Assembly (NCBI GenBank): GCA_965235115.1
Contig: OZ249436.1
Span: 10,542,001-10,602,000, forward strand
DNA: 60,000 bases
Direction: 5' to 3'
From: Laetmonice hystrix
Taxonomy: Eukaryota
Made by a program: the position numbers and the translations under genes
Shown here: positions 1 through 11,709 of the stretch, piece by piece
How the letters are laid out: every line of letters begins with the position of its first letter
How positions within the stretch are numbered: the first letter of the stretch is position 1
Notes under the pieces: generated by a model
Seen by the model: only the letters and a program-made list of their open reading frames with translations
Database searches by the model: none
Told to the model about the DNA's origin: nothing

Positions 1-278
1 TATACTCAAGTAGGCCTACAGTTTATGTTCATGATTATACTGGATGGTGTATACATGTAATATGCAATCTTCTCTCAATTTTAATTTGCTTGTTACCGGC
101 CGCACCTGAACTATGGAAAGCCCAAACTGACCTTTATGTACGCTTCCACTGACAATGCATAAAGACTATCCTAGAATTTAATTTCTTTTATTTAAGGCGT
201 CTCGAAAATTAAAAACCGATACGTCGACTGAATCATACCCCATAGAGGTCAGGACCACTAGATGGCGTGAAGGTGTAT

Positions 279-446
279 CAGGGGCGGATCCAAGATTATG
301 GGGCAGGGGGTTAAGGAAGAGAAGTTGCTGGGGGGGGGGGGGGGGGGGGGGTTAGCATGGTCTATTCAGAAATGGAGAAACAAGAAATATTGGCTACGTA
401 GTGGTGGGGAACCCCCCTCCCCTCCCTCCCCTTGGATACGCCACTG
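279..446. mobile_element. Poly-G MITE
   Basis: TIRs CAGGGGCGGATCCAAG / CTTGGATACGCCACTG; flanks tgtat/tgtag (near 5-bp TSD). Confidence 0.75.
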
Positions 447-1324
447 TGTAGACCTATACCGATCGGTGCATGTATTGTATGTACGACTCTTCTAAAGTGG
501 AATATTTAAAGACCTAGCTTTTAAACACCGACGCACAAGCTATCGTCGATCTCACCACTGTGCAACTTATATTTTCAAGATTTGTATGACATATACATGT
601 ATATCATCTATCATATGTGTGCGACCTTTTGGGGGACTGCCATTATTGTATTGACAGTGGAAGTACGTATTTTAGAATAATCAATCGTGTGTGGGTGCGA
701 TTTTTTTTTTATGGGAGATGGGTCTCCACTGTGCACGGACACCAGTAACCCATTCGTATAGAAGGTTATCGACGTCCATATCCACTCGGCCACCGACACT
801 TTCAGGCCTGGACCAGGGGATACGTGTGGGTGTGATTTTCTTTTTAAATGCACGGGCATCAGGCGTAACGTTAACCCAGTTACTTTGAGAATGTCCGGAA
901 AGAGAAAAGTTGTATAGTCTACTGGATTTGTGTTTCGGCCACACACGGTAGGCCTATATCATTCATGGTAATGTAAAACCCACGAAATTTGGCCGGAAGT
1001 AAAGATCTATCACTATCCCTAGCCCTGACCTTATCCCTGACCCCTAACCCCAGTTCATAGACCTCCCAATGAACCCTCAGATTATTAGTCTGGACGATGG
1101 ACTACTATAGGCCTTCAGTTTCTATGAATGTGACGCTCGGGATTGTTAAAAAACATAACGATGTAGGGATGATTCCATATTTAATAAAAATTATTCAAGG
1201 AGTACAGTACAGTTATGGCAATATCACAATTAAATAATACATGGTATGGTTATAAACATTATATTGCTTATATACAAGTCTGCAAAATGTTGTCCTTTGG
1301 TTCAGCATCCAGGACCAACGGATT

Positions 1325-3977
1325 TTATGAGCTGGGTTCTTCCACTGTGCAATTGTTTACTTTTGGTTTGTTTGGGTTGTTCTCCAACAACCAGTCAGCC
1401 AGCCACACCTACAATACACAAAAGGCATCACAATGTAATGGTTTTTTTTAGCATGCTGAGTAATTGTTTTCATCAATCAGGATTCAAGTAATGTTCATAT
1501 TACAGTGTCTCCAACTCCAAGTCAATACACTACAAAATTACTTGGGTTTCTAGAAACGAATTAAAAAACATTTACCTACAAGACTGGTATACATGTTACT
1601 TACCACAGGGTCTTTAGGTTTCGTTTTGCACAGCTGTGTTAATGCAGTTAGCAATGTTGGGTTAACTGCTTTAGAAAGGTAATCCTTAGCTGCCTGTCCC
1701 ACTGGAATTGGTTCTACGGTGCCTAGTAAAAGGTAAAATGTGTATGTAGTATAAATTGACAGATTCCCACACTATCAGCTTGAGACTTGAGCACATATTG
1801 ATATAATTCCCAGACTTTTCCCAGCTCAGGATGTCCCAATATAAAATTTCGGGACTTTTCCAGGTGTAGAGCCAGTCAATTTCCGCGATCACGGAATCGC
1901 GGACGGTAAAACGGAAAATGACGGAAAACGTTTTTTTACTACAGGTAATTCCCCAGTCGACCGTATACAGTGTAGCTGGCACCTGGGTTGGCCTGACTGG
2001 ACCCGCTAGAGGAGTGGGGTGGGAGGGTCATGAATATGCTCGAGCTCTTCTTAGAGCAAACAGACTGGACTCGCAAATGTGACAGGTGTGCAGATATGGT
2101 TGTGCATTTTTTGGGACACCCTCTATACTGAGAAAATACTAAAACGGAAAAAAAACGGAATTTTAAAAATTCAAAACGGAATTTCCTGGCAAGGATCACG
2201 GAATTTGACTGGGTCTACAGGTGTCCCGGACCCGTGGGAACCATGAAACAAAGCTGAATTTGCCATTTGCATGAGGTTATTCTCAGTTCTCTATGGTTTT
2301 TGTACAGCAATGTCCTTGCTTCACTTACTGTCTGGGAAGAAGAACCTTATTTCTCTTGCTGCACTGGAGTATGAATCACTTCCATCCAGACCATTTCTCT
2401 GAGCATCTGTTCCATATATGGCCCGCAAACTGCAACCGTCAAAATCCAGAACTGATTATCAACAACCTGTACATGGTCATCTTATTCCATGACTCAGGGT
2501 TGCCAACATTCAATCATGAAAAAACCTAAGATCTCGGATGAAAAACCAGAAGATTTGGGAATTTCCCAGACAATCTTTCTTTTTGAAGAAAACCATTAAA
2601 ATTACTCACAAAATGTTTTTATTTGCTTATGTTCCGAAAATCAAACTGAAATAGTTCAAATTATACTCACAGGAGGTGTGAGACAATGTGAAAAAGTGCA
2701 AGAACAGTGACAACGTGTCTGGATATTATCGCTCATGTCGCAATCGCTAGTTGTTTGGCAAGAGCAACAGAACCTTTCTGCAACCACCAGCCTGTAAGTC
2801 AACTTAGCAGTCATTTACGTGCACAATTTCGCCCATCCAATAGACTTTTATCGCAAATAAGATGACTACTTCATTTTCCGTAAGATTTTGTTACTGGCCG
2901 GATAACCGTAGACCACAGTCTGAAACCGTACAGTTCACGGGCAAACCGTACATGTTGGCAACCCTGCATGCATAAAATCCAGTGTTGTAATATTTGCCCA
3001 TTTTTTAGATTGGTACTACTTTTTGACAAAACCTGTGGCACCATACCTACCTGTCTGGGTGCGTCTGTTGTGCTGTCAATGTGTCTGTTGGCCCGATTAG
3101 TTCTCTCCAGTAGGATATTGCCTTTTCTCTTGCCAAAACCATGGCAATAATTGGGCCACTGCTCATGTAGAGGACCAGGCTTGTAAAGTACTGATGGCCA
3201 TAGTGCTCAACATAGAAGTCACTCACTTGTTCTGGAGTCAAGTGTGCTCTCCGTTTCTGTCAGATATTAAGAATACAATCGCATGCAGTTAGGACAAAAT
3301 TAACGTGTCTTTTTTTCACATTTGCCTTTAAAGGGACTCCTTCAATTCTCCCCAAATTTGAAACGTACCTTTCATCCTTAGCAACATGATATTTAAATAA
3401 ATGTATTTGGGTGATCAAATAATGCTGGCAATAGGCCTAAATGTAAGAAAATTACAAGTTGAGTCGCCCGAGCACGGCCTGTGGAGTTTACAAACCACTG
3501 CCATGGCAAATCGGCGTGGCTGCGTGGAGCGAAGGAAGGCAATTACTGATGGCACACGCTGCTCCATATTACAACTACATGCACAGTTATTTTGCTTTTC
3601 CAATTTAATATTTAGTACGAGATTTAGGTTAGGTATTATTAATATTATGAGCAGTGAGAGAGGGTCGATCTTGTGCCATTTGACTTGTGGCTTTTTAATT
3701 TTAAGTTAACTAAAAACCTCAACAATAAACGTATTAATATCAGGTAGACTCTATTTGTATGGATGCATCCTATCCAGATTTATTTATTTTGAACGGCTAA
3801 GAACTTAAACTTAGTTTTAAAACCTACCTGCAATATCGTGAATCCCGATTTCAATATGATATCTTCGATTTCTTCGGCCTTGTGAACTGCGTCGGGTTTT
3901 ATTATCGCTAGTGTCCTTTCAACAAATATTTGTGGTTTCTCCATCGTTGGAATAGCTTCACCACTATCGCCAGTCAT
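1325..3977 (-). CDS. NME5: Nucleoside diphosphate kinase homolog 5 (NDPK5/RSPH23), 5 exons, ~219 aa
   Basis: Exons (minus): 3977-3828, 3256-3051, 2429-2329, 1722-1604, 1408-1325, all GT-AG with matching phases. Translation includes PQIFVERTLAIIKPDAV, YMSSGPIIAMVLAR, SLRAIYGTD and a C-terminal Dpy-30 motif (KDYLSKAVNPTLLTALTQLCKTKPKDPVVWLADWLLENNPNKP), typical of NME5. The start could instead be the ATG at 3944. Confidence 0.96.
1867..2217. mobile_element. MITE with 6-bp TSD, nested in an older element in an NME5 intron
   Basis: TIRs TAGAGCCAGTCAATTTCCGCGATC / GATCACGGAATTTGACTGGGTCTA; exact TSD caggtg at 1861-1866 and 2218-2223. Confidence 0.85.
2495..2966. mobile_element. Non-autonomous DNA transposon (CAGGGTTGCCAACAT termini)
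   Basis: Perfect 15-bp TIR CAGGGTTGCCAACAT / ATGTTGGCAACCCTG. Confidence 0.8.
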
Positions 3978-4203
3978 TATTGCTCCTTTAGTTTGCTGTT
4001 GTGCGTCTCTTTCCACCTTTCCTCGTGTAATTGCTTACCGAAATCGGTCCCCAAAATCTCAAGTCTTTTAGTTTTACAGTGCAGGCGTCAACGATACAAC
4101 ACCGTTGCTAGGTCCCCTTCTTTCATTTCCGGTCATGCGCCTTTGACGGGCGGGAGGCGACACCTGTCGGTTACATTAGAAACTAAGTGAGAGGGACCCC
4201 AAA
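3978..4203. promoter_or_regulatory. Bidirectional promoter NME5/AAGAB
   Basis: Start codons diverge 226 bp apart. CpG-containing, with an RFX X-box-like half site (GTTGCTAGG, ~4104), an ETS-like TTCCGG (~4127) and a YY1-like AAAATGGC at the AAGAB ATG. Confidence 0.75.
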
Positions 4204-7200
4204 ATGGCTGCGCCCTGTGCCCTGGTTGCGAGCTGCAGTGATATAAACCCTCGGGATCTTGTTACACGTAAGTAAATGGAGTTACCCAAGGTTCTCGTAC
4301 GGGGTACCCGCTCGCATGATTGTATTTGACGGAACCCGAGACGAGTCGACTCTGAGACGAGAGTATACGAGTCGCAGATGGAGGCTGGGTCACGGGCACG
4401 GCATACTCCAACAAGCCAGAGTCTGATATGATATGTAGTCTGTATCAGACTCTGGCAGTTGAATAGAAAAAGCGCGTGGCAACCACATTGAACGTTCGAG
4501 TGACCGGGGTTCGCGTCATTCGGCGACTGATAACTTCCTTTTGGGATCACTCTGGGTGGTAAAACTTGCCAAGTAGATACAAAAGATATTAATGTATGAT
4601 TCACGGTGATGTGTTGCGTTGCGGTCTTTATAAAGCATACTTTTGTGCACGGTTTTGCCTGTTCTTTTTGCACACACAACCGTCGAACGGAAGTATAGCC
4701 ATGTTGGATTGACCGATTGGTCAGGAACATATGAATTGTTATGTGGCCGCCAGGCGGAACGAACCACGCAGATTCCCAGCCAGCGTGGTGCTGTTCACTT
4801 CCCATTGCGATTCCACTTTTACCAGAAACATGCCCATGACGTCACCGCTAGCCAAATTCGAATCAAGATGGCGACAGATTCATCGACGATTTCAGAGAGG
4901 GTTGCAAACGACAGCCGCACACGAACTCAGTATTAATCAACATACCCCAATAATGGTGTGAAGAGAGAGAAAAAGGTGTCTGCTGTCACCGGTAGAGTCA
5001 GTTTGTGTAATGAGTCAGTCGTAGTGAGTGAGTGAAGCCGGTGAAGTTTGCCACGGGGGTAGGCGTGGCAAGGTGCCACTGGATTTGAAAGCTTAACTCC
5101 TAGACCCTGTTGACAACAAACTAGCAGAAACAGGGTCTAGGTTCCTGGACTAGGGCACGGCACTGTCATGACTGTGTGACTGAGGCGAGGGTGTGACCGT
5201 CACAGCTGAGACCGGGGCGGGGGGGGGGGGGGGCTGACGCAGTGAAGGAAGGTACCTATGGCTATGCTATGCGTATGGGCCTTAGCCCGGGGGCGGACGC
5301 ATTAACGGCGGGGCTAAGGCCTTAGTCAGCGAGTCCATTGAAAACATAATGATAATATCGGTAGACATGATCTGTACTGTACAGTGTACTGTGTTAGTGT
5401 GTAGTCTACGCAGAGAGCTCTTAACTCGGGTCAAGCCGTCTCAGAGCCAGAGGCAGAGAGGCTCTTGCTTGACATTCAGTGATTCACCACCTTTTTTGGG
5501 TTGGAGATTAATTATGGTTCAATGGACAATGCTAGAGATTTTTCTTTCTCATATAAAGGTACTCTAACAAGTCAGAGTCCTAGTCCTTACGTCCATACGG
5601 ACTCTGACCGTCGAGTACAAATGCGCCAGCGACTGCTATGCTGCCGGGGTCCTAACGCTGTCCTATCGCGCATCATCGCCTCAAAGTCATGTTTCAGACC
5701 ACTTTTGGCACTGAAACTTGCTGAGAGTACACAAAAGAGGTTACTTCAACAGATACGTAAATGTATTTTGTTGGATGTTATCTTAGTAGGTGAAATTCTC
5801 AGTTTGTTTGGTCAAATACAGCGCAGCGCGGGTGACGAGCGGTGACCCAGTTTATCGCGTGTGCGTATTTTCGACCCCTACAGTGGATCCGGAACGGACC
5901 GCATAAGTAGGTCGCGCTCTGTTCAAGCAGACGCTGACGGCACAGAGTGAAGCTACCCGTTTCGGGTACCAGTAGCGATCTAACTTTTATCAGTTCCCGG
6001 TCACTCGGTGCACCGCAGATGGCTGACGGACCTATGGACCCGACATGCTCGTAAACAACCGGACCGTGTGGACGTTATATTTGTCCAATAATTATAATCA
6101 AAGTCGGAATAGAAATTTCAATACCGTGGCTCTCTATAAAAATCAATTTCATACTCCGTGGAAGAAGTTTAGTACCAAAACGAAGGCCGCAAAGTTGCGA
6201 TAACGGACCTCTTCGCAGAGCGTCCACGAGTCGCTAGGCCAGCGTCACTCGACAACTAAACGGTGTTCTGGAAGACACCGTTTAGAAACTGAACTAATAT
6301 AAAGGGACCTGAAACACTTTTTTGTATTGTTTTTCAAGTGTCCACGTGCATTTCCATGTGTTCAGCAAAGAAAGTTAAAGACAAGATGAAAATTGTGAAT
6401 TATTCAGAACGTTCATTTATATCACTAATAAATAATTGAAATTTGTATGCATTAGGTGCTATTTCATTGATCATTTAATAATTATTTCAGAAATACTTGG
6501 TGTTGAAGAGCTCCCTCAAGCCGAGCATGTTCTTGAGGAGGTGGAATCTTTCCCATGGCATGTAGATACTAAATACTATATGGCTGATGTAGCCATCTGT
6601 ACAAGTGCCACTCGAACTATAGGCAACCAAGACTTTGCTTCATCAGTACAAGCCATCATCCTACTCTTTGATAGCAAACAGGTAAGAATGAATTTAAAAC
6701 TCGCCTGCAATAAAAAAATGGTTTACTAGGTTGGTTACCAGGTTTGGTACAGTTAATTTGTCATGGTCATAATTTGTAAAGTTCCGTGGGAGTGGTTCAG
6801 CTCAGCCATATTTGTTTCTTGACCCCCCCCCCCCCCCCCCAGGAAATGATATACTAATAATTTATTAATGGTTTGATTCCTATTTTTTACATTGCAACTG
6901 CCATGGAAGCTACATACTTTGATTTACTTCAGGAGGCAAGCTTTGAAAAGGTACATTCCTGGCTCCCATTTGCCCATGAAATTGATGCCCCAATGCAGAT
7001 GTTGGTGACAGAGAGGTGTCAGACTGGAGATGGTGAGTTAAATTGGAGAACTATGCAAAGCTCAGGCACATTCAGAATAGTGAGAACATCTCGGAAAATA
7101 TTCTTTTAAAGAGTTAAGTATTGTTTATACACGTGCGTATGAAGTCTTGTAAACTTATTGAAAAAGTTAAAAAAGCAGTATCTCCCAAATAGTACTTAAT

Positions 7201-8047
7201 TTTAGGCCTTATTTATGGGCCAAATTTGTCAAACATATCTTAAAATATATGTCTCGAAATCGTGGCATGGAAGTTATTCAAATAATTAATGTCATACAAA
7301 TATAAACAACATGTATTTCCCTGTTTCCTAAGCCAAACTATTTGAAAACTTAAGGTAATTGTTATGATGTTATTTCTAAAGCTGTAGCCAAAGCCAGGAT
7401 ACATAGTTGGTGTCTGAAGCATTCATTCGAGCTCATTGAGTTGGATCCTGAAACATTCAGTGATGAAGAAGAAGGTAAATAATGACTATATAGTATTGAC
7501 TAGTAGCACACAAGCACTTGATAAGACTCAGCCATTTAGTAAGATAATAAATTATGGCTTTCCTATTGTTCATTTTTTCTTTGTTCCAAATAGGTCTATA
7601 TAGCATGTAGAAATGGTTTAAATGTATCGGTACAAGTTCAAGTGATATTTAGAAGTTTTGCAATGCAAGTTCCTTGCAGTTCTGAATCTGATGCTGTAGG
7701 GTTGTTTTCTTACAGATGACTTCCCTGAAACAACAGGTGTTAAGAGAATCATTCAGTCATTACATGCACATATGTGGCCAAATCTGGTCATGAAAGGTGA
7801 GTGCTTCACAAGGACGTATGTTGAAAGCCCTAGAGATGATTTTGGCTTTTAAAGATTAATGTGTACTGAACACATTTTGAAATGTATATGAGGAAGTTCC
7901 TAGTTTTCCTTTTAAGATGTTGACAATAAAAACTTGACATCCACTCAGTTGGCTTGAGGTTACTTCCCATTGGTAAAAGTAGTTTGATAAAATGAAAAGA
8001 GATGCTATGATTAACTAGATTTTCAAATTAAAGGAATCCTCTAATTA

Positions 8048-8100
<53 letters not shown>

Positions 8101-9837
8101 GGTCTTGTGTGAGTGACAGTGTGACAATGTAAATGGAAACTGGAAACTTGGCCCGATTGTATGATTCAGATCATCCAACATTTCGTAGTCCCTACATGAA
8201 CCAGATGATAGCCTCACAAGCTAAAAGTGAACTGTCAGCTGACAATGACAGCAATGAAACAGAAAGTCGTGTCCATGATGAGTCAGGTTTGAGTGAGTCT
8301 GCAGTCGAAGGCACAGATAAAACTACATGCACAGCACAGCCAGAACCCCCGGCCAAATCTGCCTTACAAGATTCTACAGAACAAAGTAAAAGCCAGACAG
8401 CTGAAGAAAATAAGGATTTGGGTACCAGTGATGATGGTCAGGCAGCTGTGATGGATGCATCAACCAAAGCTGATAAGGAGAAGGCCAACAATCGGCAAGC
8501 AGAGCTGCTAGGTATTACACAGTGTTTGGTTGTAAAGAGGCACATGAAGTTAATCCATCAACTAAGCCAAAAATACAAATCATTGTTTAGTAATATTACT
8601 TGCATGTTTTGGCATATAACGGTTTATACTGTGGCAAAGGCTGCAAATCTGAGAGATTGGTATCTAAATTTTGGAATGTACTGTAAGCAGGGCAATGCAT
8701 AGAAGTGCACTGGCTGTGTTTCTACGGTAAACATTGGCTTATTAAGACCCAGAGGATTAAGCATGTTTTTCTTATCTTTGGACCATGATCAGAAAATGTA
8801 TATTTGCCAAGGTATTCCTTTACACAATTGAAATGCTTATTATTTATCAGTTGGTTTAATGTACTTTCTGTGCCCATTTAAGCATCATGCTGGCTTAACT
8901 TTAAAAAAATCGATTTCAATGTGGCTTTTCTCATGGTCTTAACTGAAGACAATATGAACAGAGCACACCAGGGTTCCATTTGTAATTTTAACTACCAATA
9001 GTACAAATCAAGACCAACTTTGTTCCACAGATTCAATGATCAACAGTGAAGATATAGCATTGTTTGCCTCCCTTGGCAATGAGGAATCATCTGAAGAATC
9101 GTTTGAACAGTTGTTTGAGAAGATGCGTGTAATGAAACGTAAGTGAAGATGTGGCATATCATTTTTGAGCACTTGTTTGGAGAAATATTCTTGGGAGTAG
9201 TATTGGGTTACAATAAACGATTAAAAGTTGCATACAGCTCAAAAAAAGACAATATCTCATCATACATGATATTATATTTATTTACTTTCTGCCAAAATTC
9301 CATTGGTGTACCAGGTACTACTATAAAATTTGGTATTGCTAAATGATATTAGCCCGCTGTCCTTTACAGAACGTGCTGAAACTTTGCCACCAGAGCAGAG
9401 GAAAGCCTATGCTGAAAAGGTAAATAACCATTTATTACGGGGTAGTTCCAGATCTTTGTTTTAGACAATCATTTTACAAGTTTGCACGTGTCGAATTAAC
9501 AGATTCTCTGAATCTGGTTCAACTTATCACCTGCTGTCAAAATTAGAAGCAAAACGAGCAAATTGGGGAAAAATACAGAGGGGTTTAACTATAGTGAAAA
9601 GGTTGATTCTCTATGTGTTTACTCCTCTTCATATTGTAATATTCATTCTTCTATTAATGCTTCCAAAAACATATATTTACCACAAAGGTTCAAACCAGCT
9701 CCTCGGCCCAGGTAGTGATTCTAACAGTTAAACACGATATGTGTTTAACTTTGTTGCAGGTGGCCATCACATTCTGGAAGGCCATTGGTGGAGACGAGGA
9801 TGAAATCGACGGCCTGTCGGATGAGGAGCTTCCCTGA
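4204..9837 (+). CDS. AAGAB: Alpha- and gamma-adaptin-binding protein p34, 9 exons, ~368 aa
   Basis: Exons: 4204-4267, 6491-6681, 6933-7032, 7382-7474, 7716-7796, 8170-8511, 9031-9138, 9370-9419, 9760-9837. Motifs [58 protein letters not shown] and [17 protein letters not shown] match AAGAB. Confidence 0.95.
5975..6297 (+). repeat. Dispersed repeat with 3' hairpin (copy 1, AAGAB intron 1)
   Basis: Homologous to 29578-30065 (GCGATCTAACTTTTATCAGTTCCC..AATAGAAATTTCAATACC..GTGGAAGAAGTTTAGTA..GAAGACACCGTTTAGAAACTGAACTA). Confidence 0.85.
8052..8097. repeat. (TA)n microsatellite
   Basis: Uninterrupted TA run of ~45 bp in an AAGAB intron. Confidence 0.98.
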
Positions 9838-10812
9838 AGATTACATCCAGCATTGTGTATTATATAACTGTATATATTGTACTTTTTGATGACGCAGGTT
9901 AACGTCAGCTAATGTTATTATCCCAGTCTGAGGTAACTCAGTCATGACAAGTGCAGAACATGTCTTTAGCCTGGTAAATCAGTGTACCTGAAAAGAACGA
10001 AATGTCCGTCCTTCACTTTTACATTACATTCCCATAGATTTGCAAGCAGCTTATTGGCCTACATTTCTGTGTCATTTTATGTTATATTCCTAGAAAATTA
10101 GTTTGTTTTGTAACAGCATATTCTAACAGTGTTGCGAATTTCATCCTGTTTTTTTATTTTTTTTATTTAAAAAAATACTGTAACAGTATGTCGAACTAAC
10201 ATTGATTTTGTGTTTGTTATTACGAGTATGACAAACTTTTTTTCCCAGAAGTGAATACAACATGTACATTTGTACTTTTTATTGGTATCGTTTATTCTTA
10301 GTATGATACATGTATTCATATAGCCAAAATCTAACATTCCTAGATCGAATGATTTTCTCATTGATTTTGCTTTTAATTAGAAATGGAGATGTACTGTATT
10401 AGGTGTTGAAATTGAAGGACAGTTCATTATGACAGTTACTTGCTGAGCGATAAGTTATTATTGGAGACTTTCCTGTCAAAGATTGGTTGACGAGGGGTGT
10501 GGCCAGGTGTAGTATGTGCCCTAACCTGGCACGCAGTATCATGCACACTTTACCGATGAATTATGATTATCAATGTAATGCTGTTGATAGACAGGATACC
10601 TATGGGGGTGGAGGGGGGCTATCGATTTAACCATAGCTATCAAATGCATTGAATGTTTTCCAACTTTTCAAACAAAAGATACGAAGTTCAGTACTTGTCG
10701 CCCATGGCAGGAAGTAAAATAGTTAATAAATGATGCTGAAATAATTTGAACATGGTCATATTCTTACGTACCCTCTTGAAAGATCCCAATCAATGTTTAG
10801 CCGCTAGTATAT

Positions 10813-11191
10813 CATACCTGCCAACATTTGGTCGACGGAATCCGGAATCAAATGAACTGACTAGGCCTAAATAGCTTATATGGGCTCTCTCTTTATATAT
10901 ATACAATGTATATCTATATATCTCTATCTCGCTCTCTTCTCTCTCTCCTTTACTGTCAGAAAGCACAACTCTGATTTAGTAAACTTAGTCTACAGATCTA
11001 GATATATGGCAGTGCCCATAAAGAACCTTTTTGCCAGTGCTTCTCTTCCATGAGCGAGATATTAAACATGCATTGGAGGGAATCTACTTATTCTGTATAT
11101 TTCATGATTCCGTAATATTTGGAGAGTAATGCGGAATACATCATTCAAATGCGGAAAGAATCCGCAGAATGTGAAAGAGTTGGCAGGTATG
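10813..11191. mobile_element. MITE with 6-bp TSD between the AAGAB and TIPIN 3' ends
   Basis: TIR CATACCTGCCAAC / GTTGGCAGGTATG; exact TSD gtatat on both sides. Confidence 0.85.
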
Positions 11192-11709
11192 GTATATACA
11201 TGTACCCCTTGCCACCCTGGACTCGAGCCCCTTTTTTAATGCACTAACATGCAGAAAAAATACTTATAAAATTACATTGCTTACAAAATTACATTGGCTT
11301 AACCCTACAAATTCTGACTTTCGTCTGGATATCAAGAACAACTTGACGGGGCAGCATTGTGTAAAAAGATTCACTGGTTTTATTATTCCTGAAGAGGAGA
11401 ATCCGACAAGCAATTCACCACGGAACCACAATTTCCTTGTTTTTTAAAAAAAACCCTATCCTATTTAATACAACTTAAGAAATATTTAACTAAATGCAGA
11501 GGTAGGGATGTAGTCATTTCCTACAACTGGTATGGTGTTTAAATATACATGTAGTCAAAATATACATGTATTACCTCTGTTTTTTCTCATTTTGTACTGG
11601 TCCCTTCGCAGCTTTAAAAACATTAAATCACGTATGATACAGTCTAACTTTTACTAGACAATTGCACTGCAACATCTATCTGTAAAAAGGTTACGAATAT
11701 CCTGACATG

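Noticed and set aside
4176..4805. 209-aa minus-strand ORF
   Set aside because: It overlaps AAGAB exon 1 and repeat-rich intron sequence and has no recognisable domain.
5978..5996. Resemblance to U2 snRNA (ATCT..TTATCAGTT)
   Set aside because: Only a short partial match; the flanks do not follow U2 and belong to a dispersed repeat.
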